In this document: positions 61,090-64,000 of the stretch, one piece after another
How positions within the stretch are numbered: position 1 is the first letter of the stretch
Layout: each line of letters opens with the position of its first letter
IMG/VR virus record: IMGVR_UViG_3300046517_002304
Span: 372,001 to 436,000 of that record
Length of the DNA stretch: 64,000 bases
Reading direction: 5' to 3' (one strand)
Position numbers and translations under genes: made by a program
Notes under the pieces: model-generated
What the model was told of the DNA's origin: nothing
Database searches by the model: none
Seen by the model: only the letters and a program-made list of their open reading frames with translations

Positions 61090-62484
61090 TTAAGCATAGT
61101 CATGCCAATGTTTATTTATATACAGGCTAACATCAGTGTCGTTCTGAACTACAGCAAAACAATTGCCGGATGGAGCATATGCAATTTTAGAAACTAAACC
61201 TAAGTCGTCATCAATCGATTCGTAGCCACCATTTGACCAACTGGCACTACCCAATGTTCCATCTTGATTTGCAACAATTATCTCTTTGTCTACTGGATTA
61301 AGATCAAAGCATTTAACCGGTATATTAAAATTATACACATAAATCGTATCCAAATTTCTAGGATTTAAAATTTCAATACGATATTTGCCTTTATCATCAA
61401 TTAAAACTCCTAAAACATCTTTACCAAAGGCAACTCCTAACATTCTTCGTACAGATTTATTTTTCGTCAGTGTTGATGCAATCTCCTCCCCCTTGTCAAT
61501 ATCTAAAATTGATATATCGTTATCTGGAGAAATCAAAGCCACCAATCTATTCTTCCATGACGGAATTAGGGTCTTAACGGCTGGCCCAATAGATCGGAAA
61601 ATATTACTATCTTTGATGGTACTTGCCCATCCATGTCCTTTAAAATCTTCTACATTAAACGACTTCATTTCTATAATACTCTCGCCTGTGTTCGGTTTAG
61701 GCTTATGCAATAAAATATAAGACTGAGATACATCGCCCAATAAATAAGCAGATGTATAATCATCTATTCTATGACAACCATACTGCATGCGATTAGCAAG
61801 ACTAAAGCAGCTAACATTATATCCTAAGTCATATACCCCCATTAACGAATAATCTAAAAAGGAAAAATACGATGGTAAGTTTGCCACATCAATGGAGTGC
61901 TCTTCCATTTTCTGAACTCGGTCTGGATAAATTTTTACAAAATTAATCTTATTCTCATTACTATAAGCAAAAATTTCGCCATTATTCAAAGTAAACGGAG
62001 CAAAAGCACAAATGGGAAAATCAACCCCTGTCGCCACTTCCTTACGATAATAACCATAGCCTACTCCTCCGCCTGTATCTTTTTTTTCAACTGATTCTGA
62101 AGAAGTATCTCCGTCATGCATAAGCCGCTTCTTAACAGAAAAATTATAAGGATGCGACATTCTAACAATAAACTTAGCGGCATCCGTACGATGCACTGAT
62201 GGGCAAAGAACAACACGTTTATTGCCATACTCATTATTTAATGCAATAACAGGAAGACAAGTTTTCTGACAAATAATGTCAGGCAAATCATTATCTACAG
62301 CGCAAGACGCAAGAATACAAGGAGAAAAAATACTTTCTGCCCTTGCTAAAACAGTGTCTAACGCCGGACCAATGTTGGGTATGCGAAAAATTTGATGAGG
62401 AATATTCCAAAACGACAAATCATTGGATAAGTACCCAACATCATCGCTCTCTTTATTAGTGGTTATTATAAATACGGGTTTCAC
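61090..62484 (-). CDS. degenerate PurE-like N-domain fused to beta-propeller (WD40-like)
   Basis: KESD...IP...LPDIICQKTCLPVIA N-terminus; ALISPDNDISILDI, VSKIAYAPSGNCFAV propeller-like blades. Confidence 0.5.
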   Translation of the reverse strand: MKPVFIITTNKESDDVGYLSNDLSFWNIPHQIFRIPNIGPALDTVLARAESIFSPCILASCAVDNDLPDIICQKTCLPVIALNNEYGNKRVVLCPSVHRTDAAKFIVRMSHPYNFSVKKRLMHDGDTSSESVEKKDTGGGVGYGYYRKEVATGVDFPICAFAPFTLNNGEIFAYSNENKINFVKIYPDRVQKMEEHSIDVANLPSYFSFLDYSLMGVYDLGYNVSCFSLANRMQYGCHRIDDYTSAYLLGDVSQSYILLHKPKPNTGESIIEMKSFNVEDFKGHGWASTIKDSNIFRSIGPAVKTLIPSWKNRLVALISPDNDISILDIDKGEEIASTLTKNKSVRRMLGVAFGKDVLGVLIDDKGKYRIEILNPRNLDTIYVYNFNIPVKCFDLNPVDKEIIVANQDGTLGSASWSNGGYESIDDDLGLVSKIAYAPSGNCFAVVQNDTDVSLYINKHWHDYA

Positions 62485-63395
62485 GGCTTCACCAACACCT
62501 TCTCGGCACTTTTGTCACAGTATACGAATGTGTTCACCCAACCGGTTTCTTCCTTGCCAACAAACTTTGTATATCCATCTAAAAATCTGGTAATATACTT
62601 GTTTGTCTGAGCGGAATAAGTATATGACCTCAATGCGTCTTTATAATTATCTTTCTTCTGATCATACAAAAGACCAGCTCTTACCAATATGGTAAACAAA
62701 GATCTCTTCAGGGTATCGGCCCTCCAAAAACCAGATGGATCAATTTCAATAATATTGTACTGATTGGTTTCGTAAAACTTGGTGAACTCTTTTAATCCAA
62801 GCTTTACTTCAAGTCTATGGATGAACCTAGCAACCCGACGAGATCTAAGACGGTAATCATTATAATTCTTAGCAGTTCCTTTGCTAATACTTACCGTACA
62901 AAAGAACATCTTTTCCGTTTTTGCATGGAATGACTTAGCAAACTCTTCTCTACAATGAAACCACTTAACCGTACTGTTTTTCTCGTTATCAAACACCCCT
63001 AAGTGCTGACCTTGCGGCTCGTAGATAGAAAAGCAACATGCCCGCATTGGGCGAACCATTGGAATAATATACTTCGCCGACAAACTATCATATGTCTTTT
63101 TAATTTCTTCATTTTCCAACGTAGTTTTTGCAAACTCGCAACATTCATCTATAATATTTTGGTAGTTGCTTCTTTTAGCATCAATTCTATCAAACTTCGT
63201 ATAGATAGGCTCCCACTTGTCGCCCTTTTGATTCAAAACTAAGTAAACTGCGGTGTCTGTAGACAAAGGTTTCTTGGCAGCAACTACAGTTAACTTTCGC
63301 GTTGTTAAAAACACCCGTCCAGGCTTTACGAAATGCATCGTAACTTTGCCGGAACAATTATCAGATTTTAATTCGCAACTTCCAAGTAATCTCAT
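62481..63395 (-). CDS. 'WxxCR' paralog family protein
   Basis: WFHCRE, PSGFW...KRSLFTILVRAG, RFLDGYT, VLVKP. Confidence 0.7.
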   Translation of the reverse strand: MRLLGSCELKSDNCSGKVTMHFVKPGRVFLTTRKLTVVAAKKPLSTDTAVYLVLNQKGDKWEPIYTKFDRIDAKRSNYQNIIDECCEFAKTTLENEEIKKTYDSLSAKYIIPMVRPMRACCFSIYEPQGQHLGVFDNEKNSTVKWFHCREEFAKSFHAKTEKMFFCTVSISKGTAKNYNDYRLRSRRVARFIHRLEVKLGLKEFTKFYETNQYNIIEIDPSGFWRADTLKRSLFTILVRAGLLYDQKKDNYKDALRSYTYSAQTNKYITRFLDGYTKFVGKEETGWVNTFVYCDKSAEKVLVKP

Positions 63396-64000
63396 GATTA
63401 TCCCTTAGACATCAAGGATACGAACAGTACGACCAACGTTAGTTTTAACCTGAATAACTTTATTAATATAAGCATCTTCACGACCGGCGCATAAACTGAG
63501 CACTTCGGTTCTACCTTTAGATACTTCTCTTAAAACGTCATCTAGTTCTTTTGAGAAGAGAGCCTTGTTTTCATCTAACGCTATCTTGCTACATGGAGGG
63601 TAAGATGACAAAGATACAACCTTGCAATCAGATGTGTAATAATTATCAAAATACTCCTTAACACTGACAACTGTATTGTAATATGCATTCTTTGCGTAAA
63701 CCGGGGGATTATCACGAAGCATGGCTAAGGATAAATCATCAATATTATTGTGAGTATAATTACCAGCAGGAATATTATGGGGGAAAATTTCACATCCCAG
63801 TATCATCAGTTTTTCGCCATTATTAAATATGGCCCCAGAATTAGAAACATAATGCAACTTCGGGTATTTAGCACAAACCTTGATTATACTTTGACGCATA
63901 TGGTTAAGCGTGTAAAAAGCAAAATCATTAGCCCCGAGTATAAAATAAATATGGCAAGCTGAAACGCCGTGTATGACACGCAGATAATACTCAACAGAAT

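Noticed and set aside
640-63962. Most plus-strand and nested ORFs in the track (e.g. 7840..8391, 50106..50732, 57183..57548, 59116..59691)
   Set aside because: They overlap better-supported minus-strand genes and lack motifs. Only 14287, 35778, 37081 and 47349 were accepted on the plus strand.
1-64000. Stop-codon reassignment (alternative genetic code)
   Set aside because: Known genes are intact in code 11, and TAA, TAG and TGA all end genes at tight junctions.
1-64000. tRNA, rRNA or CRISPR arrays
   Set aside because: No T-loop/cloverleaf signatures or regularly spaced repeats seen by eye. The junction motif is short and irregularly spaced by whole genes.

Overview
Gene-dense, AT-rich segment with about 130 mostly short, abutting ORFs, nearly all on the minus strand. 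It has no tRNA, rRNA, CRISPR array or core structural or replication genes. The content fits the accessory/host-takeover region of a large (jumbo/huge) bacteriophage. A PVC/Planctomycetota-like host is weakly suggested by Tat signals, a GspG-like motif and a Bat-type operon. Recognisable genes include: a NARP1-type NAD+ reconstitution pair (Nampt-like + Prs-like) with a macrodomain; Tpt1/KptA, Nudix, an alarmone-hydrolase-like HD protein and a stand-alone HipA N-terminal domain; LAGLIDADG and HNH endonucleases; methionine aminopeptidase and a shortened ribosome recycling factor; a sigma-70-like factor, RuvB-like and AAA ATPases; a scattered MoxR/DUF58/vWA (Bat-like) module; thioredoxin, aldehyde dehydrogenase, an SPFH protein and a transposase-less TnpB. 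The most striking unexplained signal is the 11-mer TAGTTATCCAT, found in 12 exact copies. All are on the coding strand and at gene junctions, often supplying the stop codon just ahead of the next RBS/start. Two copies extend to a 24-bp exact direct repeat bracketing the NAD anti-defence module. Other leads: a minimal TnpB element inserted into the last codons of the ALDH gene, six ORFs starting with an invariant MKAEV, several paralog families and candidate structured ncRNAs. All protein calls come from motif recognition by eye, not database searches.
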